Assembly: GCA_050951325.1 (NCBI GenBank)
Contig: JBMNIW010000012.1
Location: 1-64,000 of the forward strand
Source of the DNA: Clostridia bacterium
GTDB lineage: Bacteria; Bacillota; Clostridia; UBA1212; DUPL01
DNA: 64,000 nt
Direction of reading: 5' to 3'
The translations under genes were made by a program, and so were the position numbers. Every line of letters begins with the position of its first letter. Position 1 is the stretch's first letter. A model generated the notes under the pieces. That model was not told the DNA's origin and did no database searches. It saw only the letters and a program-made list of their open reading frames with translations. Below, one piece after another: positions 29,197 to 39,250 of the stretch.

Positions 29197-29451
29197 TCAA
29201 CAACAATGATTTCAAAACAAGAATAATCTTGACGCAAGAGTGAATAAAAGTCAACTCCGGCTTCAGAACTAACAATTATTGCAATGTGGTGCAATTGTAT
29301 AAACACTCTGTCCTCCAAAACTCATTCACAAATCAATAATCGCTGTTATTTGTTCAATCTACCAAGACGACAAAATACTACGACAAAAAAATCATCTAAA
29401 GTTTTGCTAATTTCTATCTTGCTTTTTAATTCGTCTTGTGATATAATATAA

Positions 29452-30901
29452 GGCTCTTCGCTGTTTTGTATGGGTAAGCATGAGCAAAGTCTTATGATGA
29501 AAGCTAAATAATTTCCAGTTAGCTTCACTACTTAGCATCGCTTAAGTTAAGTTTACCAGCTATTAAATAAATCATTGTGATATAATTTCTTATAGAACGG
29601 TATCCTCTTGCTCTACTTTTCGCAGCTTGCACAAGACTATTTATGCCTTCTAATGTTGCATTAGTAAGGTTTGAGTCAAAATAGTTGCAAATTCCACTCC
29701 AATGCTTCTTTATACATTTGGCTAATTCCTTGATAGGATCAATTCTTGAACGGATTGCCCAATTGTACCATTTTTGCAGAAGGTTTATTGCTTCCGCCTT
29801 ATCATTAGATGCATATACATCCTGTAAAGCTATTTTTATTCTGTATGCTTTCCCTGTTTTCAAATTGCTATTTGCTAATGAATCTAGTTTTTTCTTCTGT
29901 TTTTCTGTTAAGTTATTATAATTTTTTAGCCAAATATATCTAGTGTTTTTAAGTTCTTCCTTACGTTCTTTTTGTTCAGTTCGCCTTACCTCATCAAGTG
30001 CCTCATTCATCATTTTGATTACATGAAATTTATCGAAAGTTATTCCTGACCACCCAAAATTCTCTTTTATACCTTTTATAAAAGCAGGAGACATATCACA
30101 TGAAAAATGATCTATATTACTTGGTTTTCCTTGATGTTTTTTAAAATCATCTTTAAATCTGTCAACAGTTGTTGAATCTTTACCTTCAGTAACAAATATA
30201 ACTTTTGACTTTTCCATGTCTGCAAAAACAGTAACATAATTATGACCCTTTTTACTTGAGGTTTCATCTAATCCTATTGACTTTACTTCCTCATAATTTT
30301 CATTTTCTCTTGCAGTGTCTACATAGTGATGAATTATTCTCCATAAACGAGTATCTTGTTCATCAACAAGTTCCGCTATTGCTTTTACAGTCATTTGACT
30401 AACAAGTTCCATGATAAAAGCTTCGAATAATAGTGTAAATCCACTTCCGCTCCTCGCCCATGGAACGTCAATAAGCAAAGGTCCATCTATGGGACAGTCC
30501 GATCTTGGAGTTCTGCAATGTATATAAGCTTTATATTGAAAAAAATTAAGATGCCTCCATGTTTTATCCTCTGTATCATATGCTTTTAAATTAGTAGTTC
30601 CACACTTTTTACAATTAAATAAACCACCTCTTTTAAAATCTACATATATATGAAGTTCTCCTATTTCCTTTTGAAAATTAATATTCTTTATGTACCATGG
30701 CTCGTTTATACTTAAAGCTTGAGCAAATAAAACTGCATTATTATACATTGAAAATCCTCCTACGCTAAATAAATCTTTTTCTCTCTAATTGTATAAAAAA
30801 ATACTGTTATTTGCAAAAATATTTTTTATAATATAATTTTTACATTTACATTTATGCCTATTTATCCCATGTAACTTACCCATACAAAACAGCGAAGAGC
30901 C
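29452..30901 (-). mobile_element. ISL3-family element, 1450 bp
   Basis: Perfect 27-bp IRs GGCTCTTCGCTGTTTTGTATGGGTAAG; 8-bp target duplication TAATATAA (29444-29451 and 30902-30909). Confidence 0.95.
29528..30748 (-). CDS. ISL3 transposase
   Basis: CxxC, GLDE, SCDM, FDKFHV, TNATLEGINS, ARGYR. Confidence 0.95.
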   Translation of the reverse strand: MYNNAVLFAQALSINEPWYIKNINFQKEIGELHIYVDFKRGGLFNCKKCGTTNLKAYDTEDKTWRHLNFFQYKAYIHCRTPRSDCPIDGPLLIDVPWARSGSGFTLLFEAFIMELVSQMTVKAIAELVDEQDTRLWRIIHHYVDTARENENYEEVKSIGLDETSSKKGHNYVTVFADMEKSKVIFVTEGKDSTTVDRFKDDFKKHQGKPSNIDHFSCDMSPAFIKGIKENFGWSGITFDKFHVIKMMNEALDEVRRTEQKERKEELKNTRYIWLKNYNNLTEKQKKKLDSLANSNLKTGKAYRIKIALQDVYASNDKAEAINLLQKWYNWAIRSRIDPIKELAKCIKKHWSGICNYFDSNLTNATLEGINSLVQAAKSRARGYRSIRNYITMIYLIAGKLNLSDAK

Positions 30902-30977
30902 TAATATAAACAATCAAAGGATGTACTCTATTGCAAAAAAGCAAACAAGGTCCTTCCCTTTGGGAAATAGCCCGATT

Positions 30978-31427
30978 TTAGGCGGCTTTTGTGGTTGTCC
31001 CTATTATACATCGAGCAAGATGTACGACGATAACAGCTTTCACTCTATCGCCATACTTTTCAAGAGCCTCTTCTAAGGCATTAGGATCCATGTTCCATGT
31101 TTCATAGTTACTATCTATGAAAACTGGAATTGCATTTTGATATATTACTGGGTTTACAGTGGCAATAAAGGTCAACGTTGGACATAGAACAATATCCCCT
31201 TGTCCTACTCCAACAGATTTTAATGCCATATGTATTGCAGCCGTTCCGGATGCTAATGCAGCAGCATGCTTTGCTCCTACCTTTGCAGCAAGCTCCTGCT
31301 CGAACTTGTTTACATTCTCACCAAGTGGTGCGATCCAATTAGTATTCAAAAGCCTCATGTATACATAGTACTGCTCATAACCTTCATCACTCATATGTGG
31401 TGATGACAACCAAATTCTTTTTGACAT
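30978..31427 (-). pseudogene. 3'-truncated DegT aminotransferase, EpsN type
   Basis: WLSSPHMS...NWIAPLGENV; similarity ends at VIVVHL (~31018). Also a short compensating frameshift near codons 22-27. Confidence 0.88.
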
Positions 31428-31695
31428 TTTCTCTCCCTACTCAATACTCTTCGACAGAATCAAAGCTCTTCTCGATAACATAGTAAATAAATGGAAATTT
31501 AAATAAGTGCACGCTAGGGACTTTGAGCTTGTGGCTCAATTTTTGAGTGCAAATATAACGACAAACCATAAGCTAACACGCCTAGCGATGATTAGATTAC
31601 AGTATGCCTTTTTCCATTTATTTAAAAAAGCACTAGCTGTAGTTCTATCCCTCAACTAATGCTACATCTACTTGCTATATATCTTTCTTTTTTTT

Positions 31696-32392
31696 CTATT
31701 CGTAATCGTAGTACTTGTTGTTCCGCTTTACATTAACATCATTTACTATGATTCCGAGCACCTTTACCTTTGCAAATTCTATGGCATCCAAGTGCCTTTT
31801 TAATTTCGTCATACGTAGTAACCTTCTGCCTTGAGACGAGGGCAACTCCTGCAGTCTTGGGTGCAAGGACTATTGCATCTGTTACCACATTTATTGGTGG
31901 CGTGTCAATCACTATGTAGTCGTAAAACTCATTAAGTTTGTCCAACAATACATCCATCCTGTTGCTTCCAAGCAATTCTGATGGATTTGGAGGAATTGGA
32001 CCTGATGTGATAAGATCAAGGTTTTTATCCACGTCTTTGTGTATTGCCTCGCCTAGCTTGTCAAATCCAACCAATATTGTAGACAGTCCATGTGAATTGT
32101 CAACCCTGAATATCTTATGCTGAGTTGGCTTGCGTAAATCTGCATCAATTATCAATACTCTGTTTGCATTCTGCGCCAGAGTAATTGCAATATTGGCACA
32201 TGTAATACTTTTTCCTTCAGCAGGGAATGATGAAGATATAATAAAGGATTTGTTTTTACTGCCTGCCAAAGCAAACTGCAAGTTTGTCCTTATTGTCTTG
32301 TAAGACTCCTGCATCACAAAGGAAGATTTATCATCCAGCTTGTACTTATGTGGTGCGTCACTATGCTCGTTTGTTCTTCTACCTAGAGCCAT
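31696..32392 (-). CDS. CpsD/CapB-family tyrosine kinase, frameshifted near the C-terminus
   Basis: ESYKTIRTN, EGKS, DADLRKP, DTPP. The alternative frame after ~31792 gives KVLGIIVN and a Tyr-rich tail ending at 31696. Confidence 0.85.
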
Positions 32393-33112
32393 AACTGTAA
32401 TATCCTCCTTTATCTTTATTTTGAAAACTTGGCACTTCTCCTAATACAGGAAGTCCATACCTTTGTGATAGATCCTCTCCACCCTTTGACGGTATTGTCA
32501 AGGTGAGTCAACCAAGAGGATGATACCACAGGAAAGTATCAATCCCAATAATCCACCCAATGCCGTGTACATCGCAACATTAGGCGAAGATGGCTTTGTT
32601 GGCACAACTGCTGTGTCAATTACCGACACCCGGCTGTTTCCAACAATATCTTCAATTATCGATGGTGCGTTCTTGGCAAATGAATTACAGATTTCTGCCG
32701 ACAATGCAGGGTCCGGGGTTACTGCTTCTATCTCCAAGACTTCTGTATTGTTTACTGCACGCATGTTTATGTACTTAGATATATCTTGTGCGCTTAAAGC
32801 AGCTGTATTCAAATCAGATGCAATCACCTTTAATGAATCCCTGCTTTCAAGCAGCACTATGTATGTTGATACAAGACTTCTACTTAAATCCAATTGCGTT
32901 TTTGTCAGTGACGACCCCTCTTCCACGTCAACAAATAATCTAATACTTGATGTGTACTTGGGAGTTATCACAAAACTTGCCAAATAAAACATGATAAGAA
33001 TTCCAGTCAGCATTGCAGCTATAATCCAAACCAGTTTGCTTATCAACAAGTCGAAAATATAGCGAATGTCTATCGTATCCTGCATGAAGTTTCCACCATT
33101 TTCATAATCCAT
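32380..33112 (-). CDS. Wzz/CpsC chain-length determinant, two apparent frameshifts near the C-terminus
   Basis: TM-PKY...PSSPN-TM. The continuation LDNTVK / GEDL...GLPVLGEVP lies in shifted frames. Confidence 0.8.
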
Positions 33113-33202
33113 TGTTTTCTCTTTTGTCTCCTAACATACTCAGAGCCCTGTATCAATGCTCACTCTGCTATTATATTTCCAACATTTTCTGTTGTCAATG
33201 CC

Positions 33203-34732
33203 TTATTGAGACAACCCCCTGTTATTTTCCAGAAAATCCTTATACTTGTGTCCGCCAAAGGCATGTACCGGACACTCATCTAAGATATTCGTAATCAAAT
33301 CCCTAATATTCGGGGTAAGGTCATCCCACTTACAAGAAACTTTTCTTTCCACATACTCAATTATACTTTCATCGTTATAACCGCCGCATCTTAACCTTAC
33401 AATATTCTCAGCAAGAACTTTAACACCATCCATGCTAAGTATCGTATGTGCGTAAAGTTGCTTCAAGAGCTCATGATAGCCAGGCAAAATACCCTTTAGT
33501 CCCTCTTTGGCAACAAACCAGGCTTCCTCCTTTGAGAACTTTCTGAAATCCTTCGTAGCAAGTCCTTTCCTTAATGCCAGCACCGTGAACAGGTCATCAC
33601 TTTTATACTTTGATATAAAGTCGGTACCAAGCTCATTGCCCATGTACAAACTCTCTTCAAGCACTCTTGGGTAAATGGTGTGCATGGCAACCTCAACCAT
33701 GCTCTCATCAATACCAAACAATTCTCTTAACCGTGTTCTGAGAAGTTCAAGATCCACAACTCCATAGAGTTCAATAACCGCCTGAACTGCCCTGTCAAGT
33801 GATTTAATCCTTTTAATGGTTTCTCTGTATTCATTAGTATAAAAATACGCAGCAAGCCTGTCAGAGTCTTTTGGCACATAGAGTATAAGCCTGTCCCTTA
33901 CATCTCCAGGTTCCACACCTACATCCACAAAACCAAAAGATGCTATTGCATAAAGTGACTTAATGTTATGACTTCCAATACTGCCACTAAGCGTATTAGC
34001 CTGCCCGGCATAAATCCATCTAAGGAGCTCCAAAGCATCCGGTGTCAGGATTTGGAACACCCTGTGCGTGTTGGCGATGAGACCCTCAGCTACAAGCTCA
34101 TAGTCCCTGGCCATTTTGTACATGGGATCCATGTCAGCCTTTAAAACACCTATAATGATGTCAAAATGAAATTGGGAAATGTGGAAAAGATTGTGATGAT
34201 AAAAATATATATCCTTCTCGACTCTAAAAGAGTCAGGGTGCATCTTGTTGTTAAACAAAAATCCCAAACCTTCATCAGGATTGTAATCTTTGCCGAACTC
34301 GTCAAGTTCTCCTTCCGATGCTATAATTTCAGGAGTTTGAGGCGTCGTGATTGGATCTCTTGACTTTACGGTAATATCAAACAACTTGTTTCTTCCAAAA
34401 TCATAGAGGTACAAAAACCTCATGTTTACTTCAAGTCGAAGATCCTCAATAATCGCACTATCTGCACCTTTGTTTATTCCGTCTCCTGATTTGGGACTGT
34501 AATAGCCGTTATCATCAAACGCTATATTGTCCATGCTAAACATGTACTGTCTTTCAGGTACATTAATCTGATATGTTTTAATTATTATGTTATGTAACTC
34601 TGCCAATGTCCTTGAACCATCTATCCTGATATCCCTGTAGATATCAGTTTCCCACTTTGGTTCAACTCTCAATACATACGAATACAACTTCCGTCTGTTT
34701 ACATCTTTTAAATTGTTGAAACCACTCTTCAA
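33203..34732 (-). CDS. pRiA4b ORF-3-like (IS1096 passenger TnpR-like) domain protein with long C-terminal region
   Basis: IYRDIRI...TLAELH...FLYLYDFG in the N-terminal third. Confidence 0.7.
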   Translation of the reverse strand: MKSGFNNLKDVNRRKLYSYVLRVEPKWETDIYRDIRIDGSRTLAELHNIIIKTYQINVPERQYMFSMDNIAFDDNGYYSPKSGDGINKGADSAIIEDLRLEVNMRFLYLYDFGRNKLFDITVKSRDPITTPQTPEIIASEGELDEFGKDYNPDEGLGFLFNNKMHPDSFRVEKDIYFYHHNLFHISQFHFDIIIGVLKADMDPMYKMARDYELVAEGLIANTHRVFQILTPDALELLRWIYAGQANTLSGSIGSHNIKSLYAIASFGFVDVGVEPGDVRDRLILYVPKDSDRLAAYFYTNEYRETIKRIKSLDRAVQAVIELYGVVDLELLRTRLRELFGIDESMVEVAMHTIYPRVLEESLYMGNELGTDFISKYKSDDLFTVLALRKGLATKDFRKFSKEEAWFVAKEGLKGILPGYHELLKQLYAHTILSMDGVKVLAENIVRLRCGGYNDESIIEYVERKVSCKWDDLTPNIRDLITNILDECPVHAFGGHKYKDFLENNRGLSQ

Positions 34733-34866
34733 AGCTAAAATTCAGCTCCCTCTAATACTGTTCTACGGCTTTTACAGTTAAGCATAGGTCAAAAACAAGT
34801 ACCATGGTATTACATAACTCAAAAATAATCAAATATAAAAATCTGTAAAAACCAAATAACTGAATC

Positions 34867-34917
34867 TTATTTTACCATAAATTCTGGACTTGTAAAGCCC
34901 TTTTTAGTCTTTATTAT
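34867..34917. repeat. 51-bp target-site duplication, left copy (right copy 36953-37003)
   Basis: ttattttaccataaattctggacttgtaaagccctttttagtctttattat at both positions. Confidence 0.95.
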
Positions 34918-36952
34918 CCCTAGTTTAACAGTTGATATTTCAATTTAAATTGCATAAATGCCCTAAATAACGCCAACTTAGCGCCTTTTTTTATGTCAAA
35001 TAATTTTCATTTTTCTGTTGTATAATGTAGTAGAATATGGTATAATATAACTGATTACTATCAGGAGGTGCTGTTGGATGTTTTTGAAAGTTACCAAACT
35101 GAAAAACGGCAAAATCAATTTAAGTTTTGTTGAAGGTTATCGTGACCCTGCAACCAAAAAAGTCAAACATAAGCTGGTTGAGAATTTGGGCTATCTGGAT
35201 GAATATCTTGACCGTTACGAGGATCCAATAGCACATTTTAAAGAGATTGCACGCATTCGCACCCAGGAACTTAACGAGGAAAAAAGGAAAAAGGAAATAT
35301 TTCTGGGTACTATTTCTGAAGACGAGACCATGGAAGTGAACGAAGATTCCTTGCAGCACATGGGATTCCTTCCTCTAAGCTCAATTTACCATCAGTTAAA
35401 AATCGACAAATTCATTATCAATCGTCAACGAAGCCTGTCCATGGATTATTCGCTAAACGATGTTATGCAATTGTTGGTGTATACAAGGATTCTATCTCCA
35501 GGGTCCAAGATAGACAGTTACAGACAAAAAGAACGTATGGCTAAAGATTTCAAATGTGATTGGTATGATGTTTATCGTGCATTGGACTATTTTGCATCTT
35601 TTCGAGATGACCTTCTCCTCCATCTTCACGAGCAGGTCAGAATCAACTATCAACGTAAAACTGATGTTGTCTTTTATGATGTCACAAACTTTTACTTTGA
35701 GATTGATAAAGAGGATGAATTTCGTCGCAAGGGTTATTGCAAGCACAATACACGAAATCCGCTAGTGCAAATGGGACTGCTTCTTGATTCTGATGCTATT
35801 CCAATAGCGTATCAGTTATTTAAAGGGAACACCCATGACAGTCAGACAATGATGCCGCTGTTGCATAAAATACGTGCCAGTTATGGACTGGGTAGAATAA
35901 TTACCGTAGCAGACAAAGGATTGAATAGCGGAGACAACATCGCATTTCTCATGGCCAAAGGAGATGGATTCATATTCTCTCAGAAAATACGGGGAGCTTC
36001 CAAAGATCTGCAAGACTATGTTTTTGATCAGTCAGGATATGTAGATGTGCACGGGATAGTAAAACATGCTGATTCATGGAACGAAAGAAATGGCAACCAA
36101 GACAGCGGATTGTTCCGCATGAAATCACGACTATATCCACAGGAATTCTGGGTAACTCATGCAGATGATGTCAAACGCAAAATACCGTTGGATGTAAAAC
36201 AGATTGTATGTTACAACGAGCTTTATGCAAGACGCCAGAAGCACAAGAGGGCTGAACTTATTGCCAAGGCCAAAAGAATCATAGAAAATCCCAAACGCTA
36301 TGATAAGAGTGAGGCAGGTGGGGCATTACGATATGTAAAAAACATTGAATATGACCCGGAAACTGGTGAGTACATTAAAACCAGGCGTTTACCCAGCCTG
36401 GATGAAGACAGGATTGCGGAAGACGAAAAATATGATGGCTACTATGCAATCATTACAAGCGAACTGGATATGCCAGACCATGATGTCGTCAAAGCATATC
36501 ACGGTCTTTGGGAGATAGAACATAGTTTCAGGATTACTAAAAGCGATATTGAAGCCAGACCTGTTAATGTTACACTCGAGCAAAGGATAGATGCCCACTT
36601 TCTTACATGTTTCATAGCCTTGCTAGTCTTAAGACTTTTGTGTAAACGACTGGACGGAAAGTATGCCCCTGAACAGGTAATCAAATCTTTGAGAAATTAT
36701 CAGGTTTGTTGGATTAAGGACAATGTATACAAGGCAACCTACTATGACCAAATACTAAAAGATTTGGGTGAGGATTTGAATTTGAGACTGGATAGACGCT
36801 TCCTAAAAGCAGGCGACATCAGGCAACTAATTGCAAATACCAAAAAGTGACCATAAATACACAACATTTTTCTGAAATAAACAAAACCTCACAAACCCAC
36901 TAATTACAAGGGTTTATGGAGGTTTTTTTTAATTCTAACTGTTAAACTCAAG
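34918..36952 (+). mobile_element. IS1634-family element, 2035 bp
   Basis: IR core AGTTTAACAGTT at both ends; flanked by identical 51-bp direct repeats. Confidence 0.92.
35078..36850 (+). CDS. IS1634 transposase (DDE)
   Basis: FYDVTNFYFE, GNTHD, VADKG, YDGY, WEIEHSFRITK. Confidence 0.95.
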   Translation: MFLKVTKLKNGKINLSFVEGYRDPATKKVKHKLVENLGYLDEYLDRYEDPIAHFKEIARIRTQELNEEKRKKEIFLGTISEDETMEVNEDSLQHMGFLPLSSIYHQLKIDKFIINRQRSLSMDYSLNDVMQLLVYTRILSPGSKIDSYRQKERMAKDFKCDWYDVYRALDYFASFRDDLLLHLHEQVRINYQRKTDVVFYDVTNFYFEIDKEDEFRRKGYCKHNTRNPLVQMGLLLDSDAIPIAYQLFKGNTHDSQTMMPLLHKIRASYGLGRIITVADKGLNSGDNIAFLMAKGDGFIFSQKIRGASKDLQDYVFDQSGYVDVHGIVKHADSWNERNGNQDSGLFRMKSRLYPQEFWVTHADDVKRKIPLDVKQIVCYNELYARRQKHKRAELIAKAKRIIENPKRYDKSEAGGALRYVKNIEYDPETGEYIKTRRLPSLDEDRIAEDEKYDGYYAIITSELDMPDHDVVKAYHGLWEIEHSFRITKSDIEARPVNVTLEQRIDAHFLTCFIALLVLRLLCKRLDGKYAPEQVIKSLRNYQVCWIKDNVYKATYYDQILKDLGEDLNLRLDRRFLKAGDIRQLIANTKK

Positions 36953-37095
36953 TTATTTTACCATAAATTCTGGACTTGTAAAGCCCTTTTTAGTCTTTAT
37001 TATGAAGAATATTAAATTTTGTGTTGCAAACATCAAAAAAACCTGATAACATATAGAAAAAATTACGATGCAAAATTAGTAAGAGGAAGACGAAA

Positions 37096-37584
37096 ATGGA
37101 TAAAATACGTAGTTTTTTCAAGAAACACAAAAAGCTAACAATATTTTTTTCATTTGCTCTCATGCTATTGCTAGGTTACATGTTAGGCAGTATGAACAGG
37201 AAAATACATAATAATGACAAAAACCCAATTGACGAAAATGCAGTAAGCATAAGTCCGTCACCTGTTAATCTAAAAGATCAGAAAATAAAAATCCCCGCAG
37301 TTGAAAAAATTTACTTTGACTCAGAAAAGGACGTCCAGGTCGTATCCTTTGTAAATCCCCCGGAAAATTTCTGCAACTTCATAGTTACACTGAAACTACC
37401 GAATAAAGAAGTTATCTATCAGTCTGCTCAAATCCCTCCCAACAAGGCAATTTATAATATAACACTAGACAAATGCCTTGAAAAGGGAGAATACAAAAAC
37501 TCAATCATCACTTATCACTGTTATGCACCCGATGGAACAAAACTGAATAGCGCTGAATTTCTTGTAGATATTGTTGTCAGCTAA
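37096..37584 (+). CDS. Hypothetical membrane-anchored protein
   Basis: N-terminal TM helix, beta-rich domain with NPPEN; RBS present. Confidence 0.75.
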   Translation: MDKIRSFFKKHKKLTIFFSFALMLLLGYMLGSMNRKIHNNDKNPIDENAVSISPSPVNLKDQKIKIPAVEKIYFDSEKDVQVVSFVNPPENFCNFIVTLKLPNKEVIYQSAQIPPNKAIYNITLDKCLEKGEYKNSIITYHCYAPDGTKLNSAEFLVDIVVS

Positions 37585-37622
37585 AGAAGGCACAATAAAT
37601 ACCAAGAAAGGAGTAATAAAAA

Positions 37623-38138
37623 TTGAAGTACAACTATTTAAGATTAATTTACACAATTTTCGTATTCATATTTGTACTAACATCAATACCAGCCTTAAAT
37701 GCAAAACTTATTGATAGCGATGACGGAAATGTAACAACAAACATACCAGTAGAAATCCACACTCATCTTAACAACGCAACCTACACAGTGGAAATACCTG
37801 CTGCACTGCAATTCAATTTCACTTGGGATGAAGTAGAACCTGTAGTGTCAGACATATTTGAAATAACAGTTGCTGATATTAAAAACCTTAGAGACAAGTG
37901 GATATCTGTCAGTATTATGGGAAGTAGCAATAAATTCGTTCTTGTTGAAGATAATGGTGTCAGAGAACTCCCATACACAATTAAGTACGAAGAGAACGAA
38001 TTGAACTCAGGAGATTCTTTTACTTATATCCATGAACCTAAAACCATGGAGTTTCAAATAAGTGTTGACCCAAACAACATAAAAAACGAATCAGTATTTA
38101 AAGGAGAGCTACAATTCCTTTTCCATGTATTGGATTAA
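37623..38138 (+). CDS. Hypothetical secreted beta-rich protein
   Basis: Signal peptide, YTVEIPA, terminal F.G.L.F strand; AAGGAG RBS with TTG start. Confidence 0.7.
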   Translation: MKYNYLRLIYTIFVFIFVLTSIPALNAKLIDSDDGNVTTNIPVEIHTHLNNATYTVEIPAALQFNFTWDEVEPVVSDIFEITVADIKNLRDKWISVSIMGSSNKFVLVEDNGVRELPYTIKYEENELNSGDSFTYIHEPKTMEFQISVDPNNIKNESVFKGELQFLFHVLD

Positions 38139-38184
38139 TCTTCTTTACGCCTTCTTTAGTGACAATCATATATCTGCATACATC

Positions 38185-38208
38185 AAGACCAGGCCGCTGC
38201 CTGGTCTT
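38185..38208. terminator. Hairpin between convergent genes
   Basis: aagaccaggc-cgct-gcctggtctt. Confidence 0.65.
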
Positions 38209-38213
38209 CGTTG

Positions 38214-39233
38214 TTAATCAGTATATTTTTGCTGATATACATGTTCTACTTTAAAAGAATTGTCAGGGCATACTTCAATAAAAGTTCCTCCAAGCATTTC
38301 GACATCATATCTGTCATAGGTGCCTGTTTTAAGCCCAAATGTCCACCGTATACCATCATACAAAACACTTATACTGTTCAGATGACTGTGCCCAACGAAC
38401 ACTCCGTCAACATAGTGTTTCTTGAACAAATAAAGCAGCCCTGGAACTGGGTGCAGCCCTTTAAATATTTCTCCCCTTCTTCCAAAGTCACAATTGTTTG
38501 CAGGCACATCCACCCCTATCGTATAAGTAACATTCCCGCAAGGAGTTTGTTGATATCCCGCACATGTCGCTGCAAGGGCAAATTCCTGTGTTGGGATGTG
38601 GTAGCAGACAAAGCTCCTAACCTTGTTTCCTGCATAGCTTTCGATTCTACTTGCAGTCTCATCAAACCAAATTAACTGGTCCTCTGCAAACCCCACTGTT
38701 CTTTTTATCTTCGGGTCCTGGGTGTTGCCGCATCCGTTGGAGTCCATCATATATATGACTCTTTTAAGTTCATTGCTTTGTACAATCCCAATTGTGTAGT
38801 TGCTGTTGCCTGTAACGCTACCTCTTTTGAAAAGAGAGTGACTGGCCTTTTCAATTATCTCACACTGCCAGTCAACTCCCTTTATACTCTCATTATCATG
38901 ATTTCCAAATATGGGAGCCCAGGGAATTTCAAAGCCATCCATGAACTTCACATACTTTTTTAAGGAAGTACCCAAGTCATCAAATTCACCATAAACCAAA
39001 TCCCCTGTAATTAGGATAAGGTCCGGGTTTGTCTTTTTAACAAGATCCTTTATGTAATTGAAACAATTTGCTTCCATCGTATTGGTCGCCCAGTTTATCT
39101 TTTCAAGACTGTTTAATCTGTCTTCATACCTTGACTGAGACGCATCAATAACCTGGGTATCAGTAATTTGAAGAATCCTTAGACTTCGTTGTTCCTCAAC
39201 TTCCAATACAAAATCAACCAAACCATCTATCAT
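38214..39233 (-). CDS. Calcineurin-like metallophosphoesterase (no signal peptide)
   Basis: TDTQ, TGD, GNHD, YHIP, GHSH. Confidence 0.88.
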   Translation of the reverse strand: MIDGLVDFVLEVEEQRSLRILQITDTQVIDASQSRYEDRLNSLEKINWATNTMEANCFNYIKDLVKKTNPDLILITGDLVYGEFDDLGTSLKKYVKFMDGFEIPWAPIFGNHDNESIKGVDWQCEIIEKASHSLFKRGSVTGNSNYTIGIVQSNELKRVIYMMDSNGCGNTQDPKIKRTVGFAEDQLIWFDETASRIESYAGNKVRSFVCYHIPTQEFALAATCAGYQQTPCGNVTYTIGVDVPANNCDFGRRGEIFKGLHPVPGLLYLFKKHYVDGVFVGHSHLNSISVLYDGIRWTFGLKTGTYDRYDVEMLGGTFIEVCPDNSFKVEHVYQQKYTD

Positions 39234-39250
39234 TTGAAAGCATCACTTCT

